From the human T2T-CHM13v2.0 reference genome, Homo sapiens, in NCBI RefSeq assembly GCF_009914755.1, contig NC_060948.1: DNA of 64,000 nt; one strand, 5' to 3'. The position numbers were made by a program, and so were the translations under genes. The number at the start of each line of letters is the position of its first letter. Position 1 is the stretch's first letter. Shown here piece after piece: positions 1-13,677 of the stretch. Under the pieces are notes generated by a model that was not told the DNA's origin, ran no database searches, and saw only the letters and a list, made by a program, of their open reading frames with translations.

Positions 1-240
1 ATCTCGCCACTGCACTCCAGACTGGGCGACAGAGCGAGACTCCCTATGGAAAAAAAAAATTAGCCAGAAGTAGTGGTGAAGGCCTGGAGTCCCAGCTACT
101 TGAGAGGCTGAGGCACGAGAATTGCTTAAACCCATGAGGTGGATGGAGGTTGTAGTGAGCCGAGATCACACCACTGCCCACCAGTCTGGCTAACAAAGTG
201 AGACTCTATCTCAAAAAATAAAAACAAACAAACAAAAAAA
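1..240 (+). mobile_element. 3' end of a younger Alu (1-59) followed by the right arm and tail of an older Alu (60-240); probably nested
   Basis: CCACTGCACTCCAG..GCGACAGAGCGAGACTCC plus A-tail runs directly into TTAGCC..GTCCCAGCTACTT..GAGACTCTATCTC plus tail. Confidence 0.85.
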
Positions 241-802
241 CCCTACAGTGAGACACAATTTTACACCCATTAGTATGGCTATAACAACAACAACAAAAAA
301 GATATTAGCAAGTGTTGTCTAGGTAATAGAAAAAATAGAGACCCTTTATATCACCATTGGTGAGAATGCCAACTATTACAGCTAATTTGGAAAATAATCG
401 GCCAATTTCTTAAAACAAAAACATTAAACATAAATTTGCCTTATGAAACAGCAATTTCAGCCCTAGATATGTATGCAAAGAGATGAAAATATATGTCCAT
501 GCAAAAAATGGTACACAGGTACACAAATAATTGTTCATAGCAGCATTATTAATAATAATCAACAAGTAGAAATAGACCAAATGTCACTAAAAAATAAATG
601 GATTTAAAAGATGTGGTATACCCATACAATGGAAAATAATTTAGCCCTAAAAAAGTATTGATGCATGGTACAATATGGACGGACATTGAAAATATTATGT
701 AAAGTAAAAGAAGCCAGACACAAAAGACTACATATTATATGAGTTCATTTATATGAAATGCCTAGAAAAAGACAAATCTTACAAAGACAGAAAGTGGATC
801 AG
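241..802 (+). mobile_element. Old L1M 3' fragment
   Basis: L1 ORF2-end and 3'UTR-like text (AAAAGAAGCCAGACACAAAAGACTACATATT..GACAGAAAGTGGATCAG). Confidence 0.75.
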
Positions 803-2113
803 CAAGGCTGTCACTCCCACGCACTCAGCCAGGTCTGATTTTAAAGGATATTAAGCCCCATTAAATGGAAATTAAGTTTTGTTTGATGTATGGAAACAGC
901 AATATCAAGTCTTGGTTTCAAAATATGTTTAACCTCTTTTGAGTTATGTAGAACTGGAAAATGTTTTTCACTCGCAAGTATTGGACATAACAGTATTTCC
1001 CCTCTGCCTTAATCCACTTATCCTAGAACCCTATAGGAAGGCAAAGACTGTTTTAATTGAGCGACACAGTTAAAGTTATTGATAGTGGGGTATGCACACA
1101 TGGGCTACATCTGTCTATGAAAAGGAAACAATGGAGCCAATTTTTTAAGTAATTCAAGCAAAATTAAATGTTCACACCTTTTAAATCTGGAAGCTATAAA
1201 AAGCAAAATGGTGCTCTGTACACAAAGAGCATAGCCTAGTTTTTGCTATCCTTAAGCCTCTTCCTGCATTTTGCCTATATTAAATTTCCTATGCAGATAT
1301 TATTGAGGTGATCAGGTAGGTGACTTCAATTTTTATTTTCTATAACAAATTCAAATTCAATAACTTTCAAGTAATATTTAATAACTATTTTAAACACAGA
1401 AGACATAGTCTATAATATTTTGTCCTGACTTAAATACTTATTGCAAGTAGTAGATGTTAATACAAGAAAACAATACTGAATAATGGGTAGTTGTTCTTTA
1501 AACATGGAGTAGAGGTAAATCTTAGTGATTTAGGGACATTTCTAATTTTTAGAGATTGTGCAATTTTAAGTTTCTAATGCATGCAATTAATGTCAATTTT
1601 CTGATATTTTGATTAAAGTCCTCCCATGTTTGCTGTATGTGCTTTTGCTTGCCTTATGAAAATTTCTAACCATAGTGTATCAGTAACATTTCAAAAATGT
1701 ATTTAAATTATAATATGTTCAAATCAAAGTACTGTCAAATATGCCATATGCATTTCTTTTAAGAATGTGGGAAATACCTTTAATAATTTTATTTTCTCTT
1801 TTTTTAAAACTCACATTAGCATTTTTTTGCAGTAGCATCATTTTAACCCCCAACTGCATATCCACAGTATAGCTAATATTTTTTACAAGTAACATTTTGA
1901 ATTTGTTCTTCTTGACATCTTTATGTTTATATGCATTTTGCATTTCCCTATCTCATTTTTTTGAAACCAAATGTAACCAATTTCAAGTTTTTGTGTTACA
2001 TTCATTTTTTTTCTTTTACTAGGTAGCATCTTTCTCTTTTCTGAATTTTTTGCAAACATATTGTTTCTGAATTCTCTTTCATCCCTTTATTTTCCTTTTC
2101 AATATCACCCCAG

Positions 2114-2173
2114 GAACCAACATAAAGAGAAATGCAGACGATATAACCAGTAATGACCATGGTGAAGATAAAG
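2114..2173 (+). CDS. NLGN4Y: Neuroligin-4 alternatively spliced site-A (A2-type) cassette exon, 60 nt, (G)TNIKRNADDITSNDHGEDK
   Basis: Pyrimidine tract plus CAG acceptor (AG 2112-2113) and AAG|GTATTT donor (GT 2174-2175). Phase 1-1 and open, in frame with the 5751 exon (G|AT = Asp). The peptide resembles recalled neuroligin A2 inserts (NLGN3 [20 protein letters not shown]). Confidence 0.9.
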
Positions 2174-2205
2174 GTATTTTTTGTTTTTTCAAAGCTCAAC
2201 CCTGA

Positions 2206-2211
2206 TGCATG
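2206..2211 (+). promoter_or_regulatory. TGCATG (RBFOX-type splicing element) ~33 nt downstream of the A2 exon
   Basis: Exact hexamer; further copies at 1578-1583, 2497-2502 and 4376-4381. Confidence 0.55.
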
Positions 2212-4427
2212 ATTTTATGTCTATCTATCTCTCTCTTTTTTTTATTTCAACCTGTTTTTCCTCCCCTTATTTAACTCTTGTACACTTTTGTGTGCTTCTT
2301 TATTTTCTTCTTGTATAGAAACCACTGTTATTTTTAACCCCAGTTACCATGTACTGGAAACAAATCACTGTGTGAAGTATAAACATTGTTTCTGTACATG
2401 AAAATAGTAATGAAATACTACTTACAGAGAAGCCCACCTTTTTTTTTTTTCTTTTTTTGGCTTTGTCACAAGAAGAAAAAATAGAATTTTAAAGAATGCA
2501 TGTATAGTCTCTTTTATCCCTTCCAAATGTTATTTTGTAAGTTAATATACTACTTTGCAGCTTCAGTCTTCCTAATTAGTTTTGCAAACTGCAAAACTTT
2601 GCAGCACCTTAGAATAATTTTTTCATAGGACTGAAGTTTCAATTTTGTTTCTTTGGTTTGGCATTCTTTACAAACATATTGATTCCAACATAGTCATCCA
2701 ATAATCTGCTTACAGTGAAGTACATCAAAAAGCATTTTAACAAGATGCTGTTGTTAACAAGCCCTGATTCTTTCAGTACTGCCTTTTACAACATTTAAAG
2801 AAAAAAATAAGAAGTAGCTCAGAACTGAAAAAGGACAAAAAGCTAGCTATGTGCATCTTTGTTTTCACACCACCGTTCTTTGAAAATATGTTTCTCCTTT
2901 AAATGTTTTATTGCTGTGAAGTTTCTTTTTAAGGTGACAAAATTGCTCAATAGATTATCTACCAGTAGTGGAAATATTTTTCATAAAGGTGGAAGGTCTG
3001 AGCAGTCATGCAGAAAACATAGACACTATTTTTATCCCCTTTGTGTAGAAGAAATTTGTTTTTGTTTTTGTTCTTGTTTTTTTAAAAGAGGAGAAACAAC
3101 AAGAAAGTACTCAAGCCATTCCTCATTGGTAAGGCTCTATATGATTAGCTAACTGCACATTTTTTCCCATCTGGGTAGCAAAATGTATGGAATTCTATTT
3201 ATTTTTCATAAACAATAAGGCCCTGGCTGGACCTTTGGGTCTCTGTCTGAAAGGCCAAGCCCAAAAGTGAGTGTTGCATTATCCTTGCTGGTCAAGCCCC
3301 ATTTTCTTGAAAGTGTCTTTTGACCAGTTCTTGTAGTTGCTCCCCTCCTTGCTTATCTTCATAAATCAACTGTTCTCCAAGAAAAGAAGTCTTGCCAACA
3401 CTCTTTTCATGCCTGGTCTTCCCTTAACATTTTGATTATTACTGAGCACATAGGGTTGTCACTGCCTCAAGTAGCTCTCTAAGAGGTCTTGATTCTGATG
3501 GTGGTAGAAGTTCAGGTACCTCTTCTTTGATAAGGGCTTCTAAATGCCTCACATTTTGTCAGTATTGAGCAAATACATAAAAATGAAATAAACTTTTGTT
3601 CTCTCATACCTTATACTGCTCTAATTTGTATCCTCTTTGGTGTCCTCTCACATACTTCCTTTTGATAATTAAGATCTGTTTTCACATTATTCCCAGTGAA
3701 TGTTTATTACCATGAAAATGCCATCTAATTTTCTCTTAATATTAATAAGCTGTGATTTTTTGAATTTGCTTTAATGTAACAACTGGTATCACTCCACAAG
3801 TTCAAGAGAATCTTGTTGTATGTTTTATGAAAGGTAAGAAATGTTAATTTCCCATATTTTCAAAGGGAGCACTTTAAAGCAGCCCTTCAAAATCTCTACT
3901 TACTCTTTTTACCACAATTTACTAGCCAACAGCTGGTAGTGGTAAAAGAAATGAAGCCAAAAACAGGAAATTAGGAACCGGGAAGAAGAAGTGGAACATG
4001 AGAAAAGCCATTTCTTATTCATATAGCAGAGGACATTTCCCATAGAGTATGATGAATAAGTGATGAATGAAGATTTTTACTTTATATTTGAATTTTATAT
4101 GAGAAAATAAAAGACACTTTTCTGCCGTGGATTAAATATCTGCAAATAAATACTCGGGTAACTTGACATTCTTTTGTGTGCTTTACTGTGACCATTGGGT
4201 ATGTCATGTCATCTGTATGCACCCTGTAAAATTGTGATCATAATTCATTCAAATTGGAGCCACCATCCAAACGATGGTAATTCATATCCTCAGAATTCCT
4301 TTCTCATATTTCAAGTGTCCCTGTGAATTATGAGGGGAAAAAAATCTTTATTAAAGAAAAAAGTGAAAATAAATATGCATGGATACTTGGATTTTTCTTT
4401 TAGTAACAAAGATATTTAAATTATTTG

Positions 4428-4430
<3 letters not shown>

Positions 4431-4464
<34 letters not shown>
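4431..4464. repeat. (AC)17 microsatellite
   Basis: Direct reading. Confidence 0.95.
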
Positions 4465-4466
<2 letters not shown>

Positions 4467-5240
4467 ATCTGTACCTAGAAATGTTTATAGGGGAGGTCAG
4501 TTTTCTGAAGATTAAATGCAGCCCTAATGTCAGATTAATGTTATAAACACATCGTTTAATCACAAGTTTTCAGAGAGCAGGCTCCACAGATAGTCTCTAA
4601 CTTTCTATCATTACAAATCGCTATTTTTATATCATTGCTAATTTAAATAATAAAGTAAATTATGAAGAGGAATCATTGGTTGCAAGTCACCATGGGAGTT
4701 TAGTCCCTGTGAAAATATAAAGCATTTAAATAATTTGTATTCTTTTACCATTTTTTATTACATCTCTTTAATTTTTGTCACTTGAATATATTAGGATGAT
4801 GATGATACTATAATCACTGGAACAAAGACATTTGCTTGGACATCTTTTCTTTTTTCCCCCATTTTTGTTCTGTTAATAATTTTTAACTATAGCTTTTCCT
4901 TTCTTGTCCTTATCTGTCCCTTATCGATCATAGATAGTTTCACTACTATTTTTAAGTTTTTATTGTTAAATTGAAGATGAATCTGTACAGTTACTTGTGA
5001 ATTAAGATGCAGCTAAGTTAAAATCAAGTATAATTTTGAAGCTGATTTTACATTTAACTAGATGATTAAATATATTTTTTCAGGTGCTTCTTCAATTTAA
5101 ATCAAGTTTTATGGTTTCAGCAAAATTTAGAAAATATGTACTTTACCTAAAAACTTTTCTTTTAGTGCTTTGGATATATACAGAAGCTTAAATGAGTAGA
5201 GTATCCCAAACATCCAGATGCTTCTCAAAATAGCATTTCC

Positions 5241-5581
<341 letters not shown>

Positions 5582-5750
5582 TCAAGTTACTTAGAAACTC
5601 TTATCAAGTGTCATATCATCCATAAAAATTAATTTGCTTACTTCAAGTCAAAATAAGGAAATCAGGGAATCTCCTTTGTTCTTAATTTAGCATCAGTGAG
5701 TGAGCCAGTAAGATTCTTTACTGCGTTTCCTTACTTGGCTTTTTTTCCAG

Positions 5751-5903
5751 ATATTCATGAACAGAACAGTAAGAAGCCTGTTATGGTCTATATCCATGGG
5801 GGATCTTACATGGAGGGAACCGGTAACATGATTGATGGCAGCATTTTGGCCAGCTATGGGAACGTCATCGTTATCACCATTAACTACCGTCTGGGAATAC
5901 TAG
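5751..5903 (+). CDS. NLGN4Y: Neuroligin-4 internal coding exon (153 nt), cholinesterase-like ectodomain: [52 protein letters not shown]
   Basis: TTTTTTCCAG acceptor and TAG|GTAAGT donor. Carboxylesterase-family motifs PVMVYIHGG and NYRLG. DIHEQ rather than DIHDQ matches my recollection of the Y paralogue; the neuroligin-4 identity is firmer than the X/Y call. Confidence 0.93.
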
Positions 5904-7014
5904 GTAAGTGATTTCATCATGTGAATGACTAAGCAAGAGGAAACATGAAAGTTCCACTTCTTATTTTGATGGGACTCATGGATTTGAATCCCGTTATTAC
6001 AGTTCCTGGTTAATTCCACTTTACGGTATTTACTTTATGTTATCAGGTATGTTTTTTCCTTTTATTACCTTCATGCAACATGACCATCTTATTGTTTTAT
6101 TATCATTCTTTTCCTTTCGCTTCTGATCCAAAAATTTTTTTCTTGTGGAAGTTGAATCCCTTCTCAAACAAATGGCCACTTCAAGTTCATCAGGATTAAA
6201 TGAAATTTTATTTAAAGCATGTTTCTTCATTGGAATTAAATGAATGTGTATTTATCTACATAAGTGTGTATAATGAGCACATATTTGGTGATATGATAAT
6301 TAGTAATGGCCATAGATCTTAGCTTTCTAGTCTGATTGTGTTACTATATGAATTAGTATATTGTATGGAGGAAAAGATTTTATCCAGTTCCCTAACTGAT
6401 TATGTTGAGGCTTTGGAAGATCTGCTGTTTAGGTTCTGTTAGTTGACTTTTTTTTTTCATTTGATAATCTACAATTAAAGGCCAAGTACATGGAAATTCA
6501 AGTTTAGCTCCTCCTTGTTTAGATGTTTCATTCATTGTCTTCTAATTGTGGGTTGGAAAATTAAGTTACAACTTCAGGGTAAAGGTTTTAATACCTTCTT
6601 AGATGACCTTTCCTGCTTTTGGTTAGTTCGTGAATAATATTCCTAGATCTCTGTAAAAACATTTGTTTTTTTGGGTAAAAATCCATTAAAATGATGTAGA
6701 AAATAAAATTTTAACAAATTATTCAATTCACTACATGTAGGTTAGCTTGAATGAAGTTATATTTGTTGCATGCATTTGATCTTGAATTGAAACCTACAGT
6801 TTAAGAAAATCTGCATGTCTTTATATTTTTAACAGACTGTCAGAGTTATAAAAGCAAAACATTAGAGCTTTACAGTATAATATTTTTTCTTTAGATCTTT
6901 CATGGGCATTTAAAATCACTCATTATGAAGAGACCATAAACCATGGGTTTCTAAGAGGTGTGCTGAATTTTGCAACTGGCTGGTGTGTTTTCTAAATAAT
7001 CCTGTAATCTTCAT

Positions 7015-7750
7015 GTATTAGTTTTTTTTTTTCATAACAAATCATGACAAATGTTCTCTTTAAACAAGAGGAATTTACTTTCTCATAATTTGGGAAACCA
7101 GATGTTCAAAACAAAGGTGTTGGCAGGGCTGTCTTTCCCTAGGTAGCTCCAGAACAAGATTCTTTCTTGCCTTTTCAGCTTCTGGTGGCCCTGGTGTTTG
7201 TTTCTATCTTCACAACACTGTCTTCCCTGTATTTTATGTGTCATCTCCTTTTCTTTTCCTTTCTTTTCTTTTCTCTTTTTTTTGGGGGAGGTAGGGGGAC
7301 AGAATCTCTGTCACCCAGGCTGGAGTGCAGTGACATGATCTTGGCTCACTGCAACCTCTGCCTCCCAGGTTCAAGCAATTCTCTGGCCTCAGCCTTCTAA
7401 GTAGCTGGGATTACAGGCACCCACGACCATGCCCAGCTAACTTTTATATTTTTTTAGTAGTCATGGGGTTTCACCATGGTGGCCAGGCTGGTTTCGAATT
7501 CCTGACCTCAGGTAATCCACCCCTGTCGGCCACCCAAAGTACTAGGATTACAGGTGTTGGCGACCTTGCCAGGCCTCCTTTCCTTGTAAGGATACCAGTC
7601 ATTGGATTTAGGGTTTATCCTAAATTCAGGATAATTATATCTGAAGACCCTTAACTAATTACATCTGCAAAGACCCTGTCTTCAAATAGATCACATTCAT
7701 AGTTTCCAGGTAGAAATATATTTTTGGAGGATATTGCTCAACCCACTCCA
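7015..7750 (-). mobile_element. MLT1-type MaLR LTR interrupted by an Alu
   Basis: Motifs GGTGTTGGCAGGGCTG, CCAGTCATTGGATTTAGGG, ATTACATCTGCAAAGACCCT. Confidence 0.7.
7298..7575 (-). mobile_element. AluS
   Basis: TCTGTCACCCAGGCTGGAGTGCAGTG..TCCTGACCTCAGGT..CCCAAAGTACTAGGATTACAGG. Confidence 0.9.
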
Positions 7751-9436
7751 CCCAATCGATGATTATTGCAATATGTATGTGTGAATATAGGTGCTTTCAG
7801 ATGCTTCCATTCCATATGTGTGCACAACCACTGTGTTCAGAATTCCACCTTGCTTTCTACTTACTAGGCCACACTCTGGTAAGATGATCTGAGGACAGTC
7901 TGGAATTCTTCTTCCCTTTGTATTCAAATAATATAGTCATGCAGTATCTAAAAGTTTATTCCCTGAGCCTTTAAAACTTCTCCATCAGTTTGACAAGGAG
8001 TAAAAGTGTTTTTCCCCATTTGTCACAAAACTTGTGCAAAAAGCACCTTTCCCATGGGCCAATACACAGAGCTATATTTCACATTTTCTTCTTAAATTAC
8101 AGGGTTATAAATATAAAACAAAACCTTTACCTTGCTGTATTATTTCCAACTTTTCCCTCTATTATTAATTCCGATTACAAATGCTCATTAATGTTCTACC
8201 TTGGAATTGCAATTTGGGCATGTGCCATCTGAAAATGGAGGTTCCTAAAAATTAATATCAAAGATTAATGCAAGTTTTAAAAAAGGGACTTATTCAAACA
8301 TAACTCCCATTTTAACGTGACTCGTGGACTTTTAATGAAATGAATGGCCTTGTAATGCCTAATTTTTTTTCTTAAAATCAACTGTGTCATAGCCTTCTCT
8401 TTAGAACATATCTGATTTGCCAGAACCCAAGATTTGTGAGATGGTGTTATTTTTTATTTTTACTCTTTCCCCACCCCATAGTACCATGAAGAGATTATGT
8501 AACATCCTTTTCTGGTTTTAAAGACAGGTGAATAATGATTATGTAACATGCAAACAAGTTGGGTGTTTTAGAGAAGGTGGTGTTAATGGTGTCTGATTCA
8601 CAGATGCTGGCTTGAACCTTACTGGTGTTAGGACCTATATTCTGGTAAGATCCAACTTTAGGCCATGGATTACAGGACCTAGGTGTATAAAAACGATACC
8701 TAAAACCCATAAGATCTTAGTTCACTGATCAGCAGGAGAGATAGTTTTCTTTCAAATGATACCATCAGATGCATCTCCAGCAGACTGTTAAGTCAGTGAA
8801 AAGAAAAATGCCATCATAGAGAAGTTCTTCAGACTTTTAAAAATTTCCTAGGATTATGCCAGTGATTCCTACTACAGAGACAAAGATATATGTATTTCTG
8901 AATTTGAGATGTTGGATATTGGTAGAGATTCATCTTTTGAATGCAAATAAATATGCTTTACTTTTAGCCAGCATGAATGCTCTCATTTGCCACAGGTTGG
9001 CCAGCTTAAGTATGAAGGGTGTTGTGGGTAACCTTAACAGAAGGTTTTTATAGTACCAAAATTTCTTTCTTTTTTTATTATCCTATTTCAGAAAGTTTCT
9101 TAACTCTGAGATACTTTATATTGGGGATAATAGTTCTGGTGCAAGTATAGATTAATAGATTATTAAACACTTCAACATATAGATGGAAGAGTACAAATAG
9201 TATATTATTACTGATTCCCATTTACTCTTTCTTTAATTTACACTGGAATTTTTGTTTATGCTAACTTTTGAAGATACCAATGATAGGAAGTTAATAGTGC
9301 TTGCCTTTTATAATTTTTCCAGAGCTTATTCATTTGAAGTTCAAATTTGGAAACTTTCCTTTTGTTCTTTGGGAAACAGATATTATTGCTATTCAAAATG
9401 GGTAATCTCTAAATTGATATAGAAAAAGATATTTGA

Positions 9437-9745
9437 GGCTGGATGCAGTGGCTCATATCTGTTATCTTAGCACATTGGAAAGCTAAGGCAGGAGGACAAC
9501 TTGAAGCCAGGAGTTTGAGACCAGCCTAGACAATATGACAAAACTCCATCTCTGCTAAGAATACAAAAATTAGCTGGGCATGGTGTCACACACCTGTAAT
9601 CCCAGCTACCTGGGAGGCTGAGATGCACGAATCAGTGGAGCCTGGGAGTTGGAGTGTGCAGTGACCACCTCACTCCACCCTGGGCTACAGAGCAAGACTG
9701 TGTTTCCAAAAAAAGAAAAGAAAGAAAGAAAGAAAGAAAAAGAAA
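9437..9745 (+). mobile_element. Old Alu (AluJ/S) with GAAA-type tail
   Basis: Dimeric Alu text; imperfect TSD AGAAAAAGAWATTTGA. Confidence 0.85.
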
Positions 9746-10779
9746 TTTGAGATATTAGTATTGTCCAAAAAGTATAATTCAAATACTTAATGCAGAAGGT
9801 AGTAGCATCATTAACTTACTGACCCATTCATCAATTATAACAGAGGGAAGGTTCTATGTTAGTGTCTTGGAGGCTGATTGAGCTAGGGGATACAATTTTA
9901 AGTATGAGTTTCATAGAACAGATTCAGGAGGTCTAAATAGAGGGGTCTACAATTAGGAAGCACCCTTAATCCCACCCCTGAATTACTGACAGCAACACTA
10001 ACTAGGCAGCAGAGAGATATTTCCTGATCTCAGCAGTCAAGACAATGGTACTAAAGGTTGCTAGATAAATGTGATTTTTGTAGTCACTCACCTGCAAGTT
10101 ATAGGCAAGATAATATTTACCTGCACTCCCACCAGAAATTAGACCTAATTGACTGCTCTTAATCAGAACAAGACATTCCAACCTCTTATTCATGGTTAGC
10201 AATATATCCCACTTGCTTCACTTTGTGATTCATCATTGCATGGGTATAACTGGACATGGAATGCATTTGAAACTGAGCCTCAAGTTCAAATCACCATAGA
10301 ACCTAAAAAGAAAATGTAGGAGAGACAAAACAGAAGAAAAATGCCAAACAGAGAGTTATTATTTAGATGTGTTCATTCTGTGAACAGAGAGCAGTTTCTA
10401 TTGGATCTGGCTGAAATAGGGGCCCCTGGTGTCGTGAAAGTGGTGTATGTCTTCATACATGTTCCCATGGGCCTATACAACCAATCTCATTTGACAAATG
10501 AAGAAATGAAGGCTTGTGGTCAGGGTCACAAAACTTGACAGTGGCAGAAGTGGATCCAATTTCTAGTCAAATCTATGACTCAATCCATCTTCGCCACAAT
10601 CATAGTGCAAATCAGTTGCTCTGTTTCCGATCAGTACCCACACACCAGAAGGTCAGCTCTTTAAGGGCATGAATTGTTGTTGTTTGGTTCATTGTTGAGT
10701 GTTTGGAGCTTGGACCAGTACATCGAAAGTCTTAATTGTTGACATTCTCAGTAATGCAAAATAAATTGTATTCTTGGAT

Positions 10780-11570
10780 CATTGGCATCATATCCATTAG
10801 GATGGCTGTTAATAAAGTAAATGTAAAATAAGAAGTTGTGATGGAGATGTGGAGGAACTGGAACTCTTTCACATTGCTGGTGGGAATGTAAAATGGTACA
10901 GTCATTGTGGAAAACTCTTTGTCTGTTCCTCAAAAAAGTAAACATGGAACTACCATATGTGATCCAACAATTCTACCTCCGGGTATATACTCAAAAGAGT
11001 TGAAAGCAGGTATTCCAAGAGATATTTGTATGCCCAAATTCTTAGCCATGTTTTCTCAATAGCTAACAGGTGAACTTTTGAAATAGCCACTGCCCAGTGA
11101 TGGATGAATGGATAAAAATTGATGTATATGTATATATGTATGTGTGTGTGCACAAATACAAACACATACACTACTGAAATGGAATGTTATTCATCTGTAA
11201 AAAGGAAGGAAATTCTGATACATGCTACAATATAAATAAACCTTGAATACATCATTCTAAGAGAAATAAGCTATAAGCTAGTCACAAAAGGACAAATGCT
11301 GTATTATTTTACCAATATGGGGTTCCACCTAGAGTTGTCAAATTCATAGAGACAAAAAGTTGTATGGTGTTTGTGTGGGGCTGGGAGACAAAATGGAAAA
11401 TTATTTTCTAATGGATAGAATTTCAATTTTGAAAGGTATAAAATCATTTGGAGATGGATGGTGGGGACAGTTGGACAATAATGTGACTATTCTTAAGGCC
11501 ACTCAATTATACACCAAAAAATAGCTAAAATGATAAAATTTCATATTATCTATATTGTATCACAACAAAA
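10780..11570 (+). mobile_element. L1MB-like 3' fragment
   Basis: GATGTGGAGGAACTGGAAC..CATTGCTGGTGGGAATGTAAAATGGTACAG..GGAGATGGATGGTGG. Confidence 0.8.
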
Positions 11571-11699
11571 GAAATCATTATGATATCTGTGATTTAATTG
11601 ACTCATTGTAATCATTACCATGTTAGGTCATGTTCAGTATCTCATATCCAGCAATATTGCAATGGACATGGTAATTTTTGAGTGGTAGAAACTCACGTA

Positions 11700-12150
11700 A
11701 CTTTTAAAAACACATCTGTGTGTATTCACATATTCTTATATTTCTTGGAATTGAAATCATACTCTCTATATCTCATTTATTTCTCGTAGCAAAATGTTTA
11801 CAAGGTTTTCAAGATTCATCCACATTGTAGCATGTATCAGTCAGTACCGCATACTGGTTTATGGCTGGATACTGTTCCATTTTATGATAGACCACATTCT
11901 ATTATATATCTGTTTTTCATTTGATGGACATTTGGGTTCAATTCATACAGAAAGAAAGTAGACTAGTGGTTACTGGTTCTGGGATGAGAACCATAGGGAA
12001 TTAGCATGTCATGGTTACAGAGTTTCCATTTGTGAAGAAGAAAGAGTTCTAGAGATAGATTCATAAAAATGTGAATTACTGAATGGCGTCAAACAGAACA
12101 GTACACTTTAAAATGGTTCACATTATGTTATGTGAATTTCATCTTAAATA
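11700..12150. mobile_element. Two old L1M 3'UTR fragments in opposite orientation (about 11700-11940 minus, 11941-12150 plus)
   Basis: CAAGATTCATCCACATTGTAGCATGTATCAG..GATGGACATTTGGG, then GAAAGTAGACTAGTGGTT..GTACACTTTAAATGG. Confidence 0.55.
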
Positions 12151-12761
12151 GAAGAAGAATACAGTCTGAAGTTGTCATGTACTTCACTAGGATGATCTCT
12201 TTAAAAGGGTAGGAAAGAAATTAGTGTTCATCCATGTCCTCAAAAGAGCATATAAACAAACTAAACAACCATCAAATAAAACATGTCAATGTACCTCACA
12301 GCATCCCAAAAGGGAAGACTAAACTAAACTGTTCTCAGGGCTCCTTCTTCCTTATGTGTTACTTTCAGAGGCACTTTAGCTTAGGACTTAATTTGACTAT
12401 TCACAACCCCAGGGTGTCCATTTGATCTCACAGCAAACTTGAGTTGACTTTGACCAGGGAAACACTTTACTTTAAGAAACTGTAGAAAGGAGAAAATTTT
12501 ATACGTATCCAGTTTCTATCCATTTCATTGCACATATGGTGAGAACTTAAGTGTTGTAAGCATGCCACTTGCAGGGCCCTGGGCTCACAGCTACAAGCTA
12601 TATTTTGTATTTGCATCCACTGTTTTGTTAGCAGATGTATATACTTGCTGACAAAATACATGTTTTAAGAAATAAAATTATTTTAAGAACAAAATAATAA
12701 TATGTTTTAAGAAAACATGCTTGTATTTACCTTTTATTTTTCATAAAAAAAAATGTTTATG

Positions 12762-13076
<315 letters not shown>

Positions 13077-13619
13077 TCAGTTTTGTTACATGGGTTTATT
13101 CATAGTGGTGATCTCTGGGCTTATATTGCACCCGTCACCTGAATAGTGGAACCTGTATCCAGTAGGTATTATTTCATCATTCATTCTCCTTCCATGTCCT
13201 CATATTTTGTAGCCTCCAGTGTCTATTCCACTCTGTATTCCACTATTCCACTCTGTATGTTAATGTGTACCTGTTGTTTAGCTCCCACTTATAAGTGAGA
13301 ATATGCAGTATTGAACTTTCTGAGTTATTTCACTCATGATACTGAGTTCCACCCAGTTTCACCCATGTCCCTGCAAAACACATAATTTCATTCTTTTTTA
13401 TGACTGACTACTGAGTTGTATTCCATGGATATATAAACTACGGTATATATAATTTATGTATCCAGTTATCTAGTCATTTGTTATGGACACTTAAGTTGAT
13501 TTCATGACTTTACTATTGTGAATAGTGCAGTGATAAACATATCAGTACAGGTCTCTTTTTAATAGAACAATTTCTTTTCCTTTGGGCAGAAACCCACTAC
13601 TGGGATTGCTGAACCAAAT

Positions 13620-13621
<2 letters not shown>

Positions 13622-13667
<46 letters not shown>
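13622..13667. repeat. (TG)~23 microsatellite
   Basis: Direct reading. Confidence 0.95.
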
Positions 13668-13671
<4 letters not shown>

Positions 13672-13677
13672 GTTCTT

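Noticed and set aside
2934-2995. Possible A1-like exon (VTKLLNRLSTSSGNIFHKG)
   Set aside because: In the required phase it hits TAG, the lengths (55 or 62 nt) break frame, and A1 should lie upstream of A2.
5696-5911. 71-aa ORF as a stand-alone gene
   Set aside because: Only 5751-5903 is bounded by splice sites and neuroligin-like; the flanks are intron read-through.
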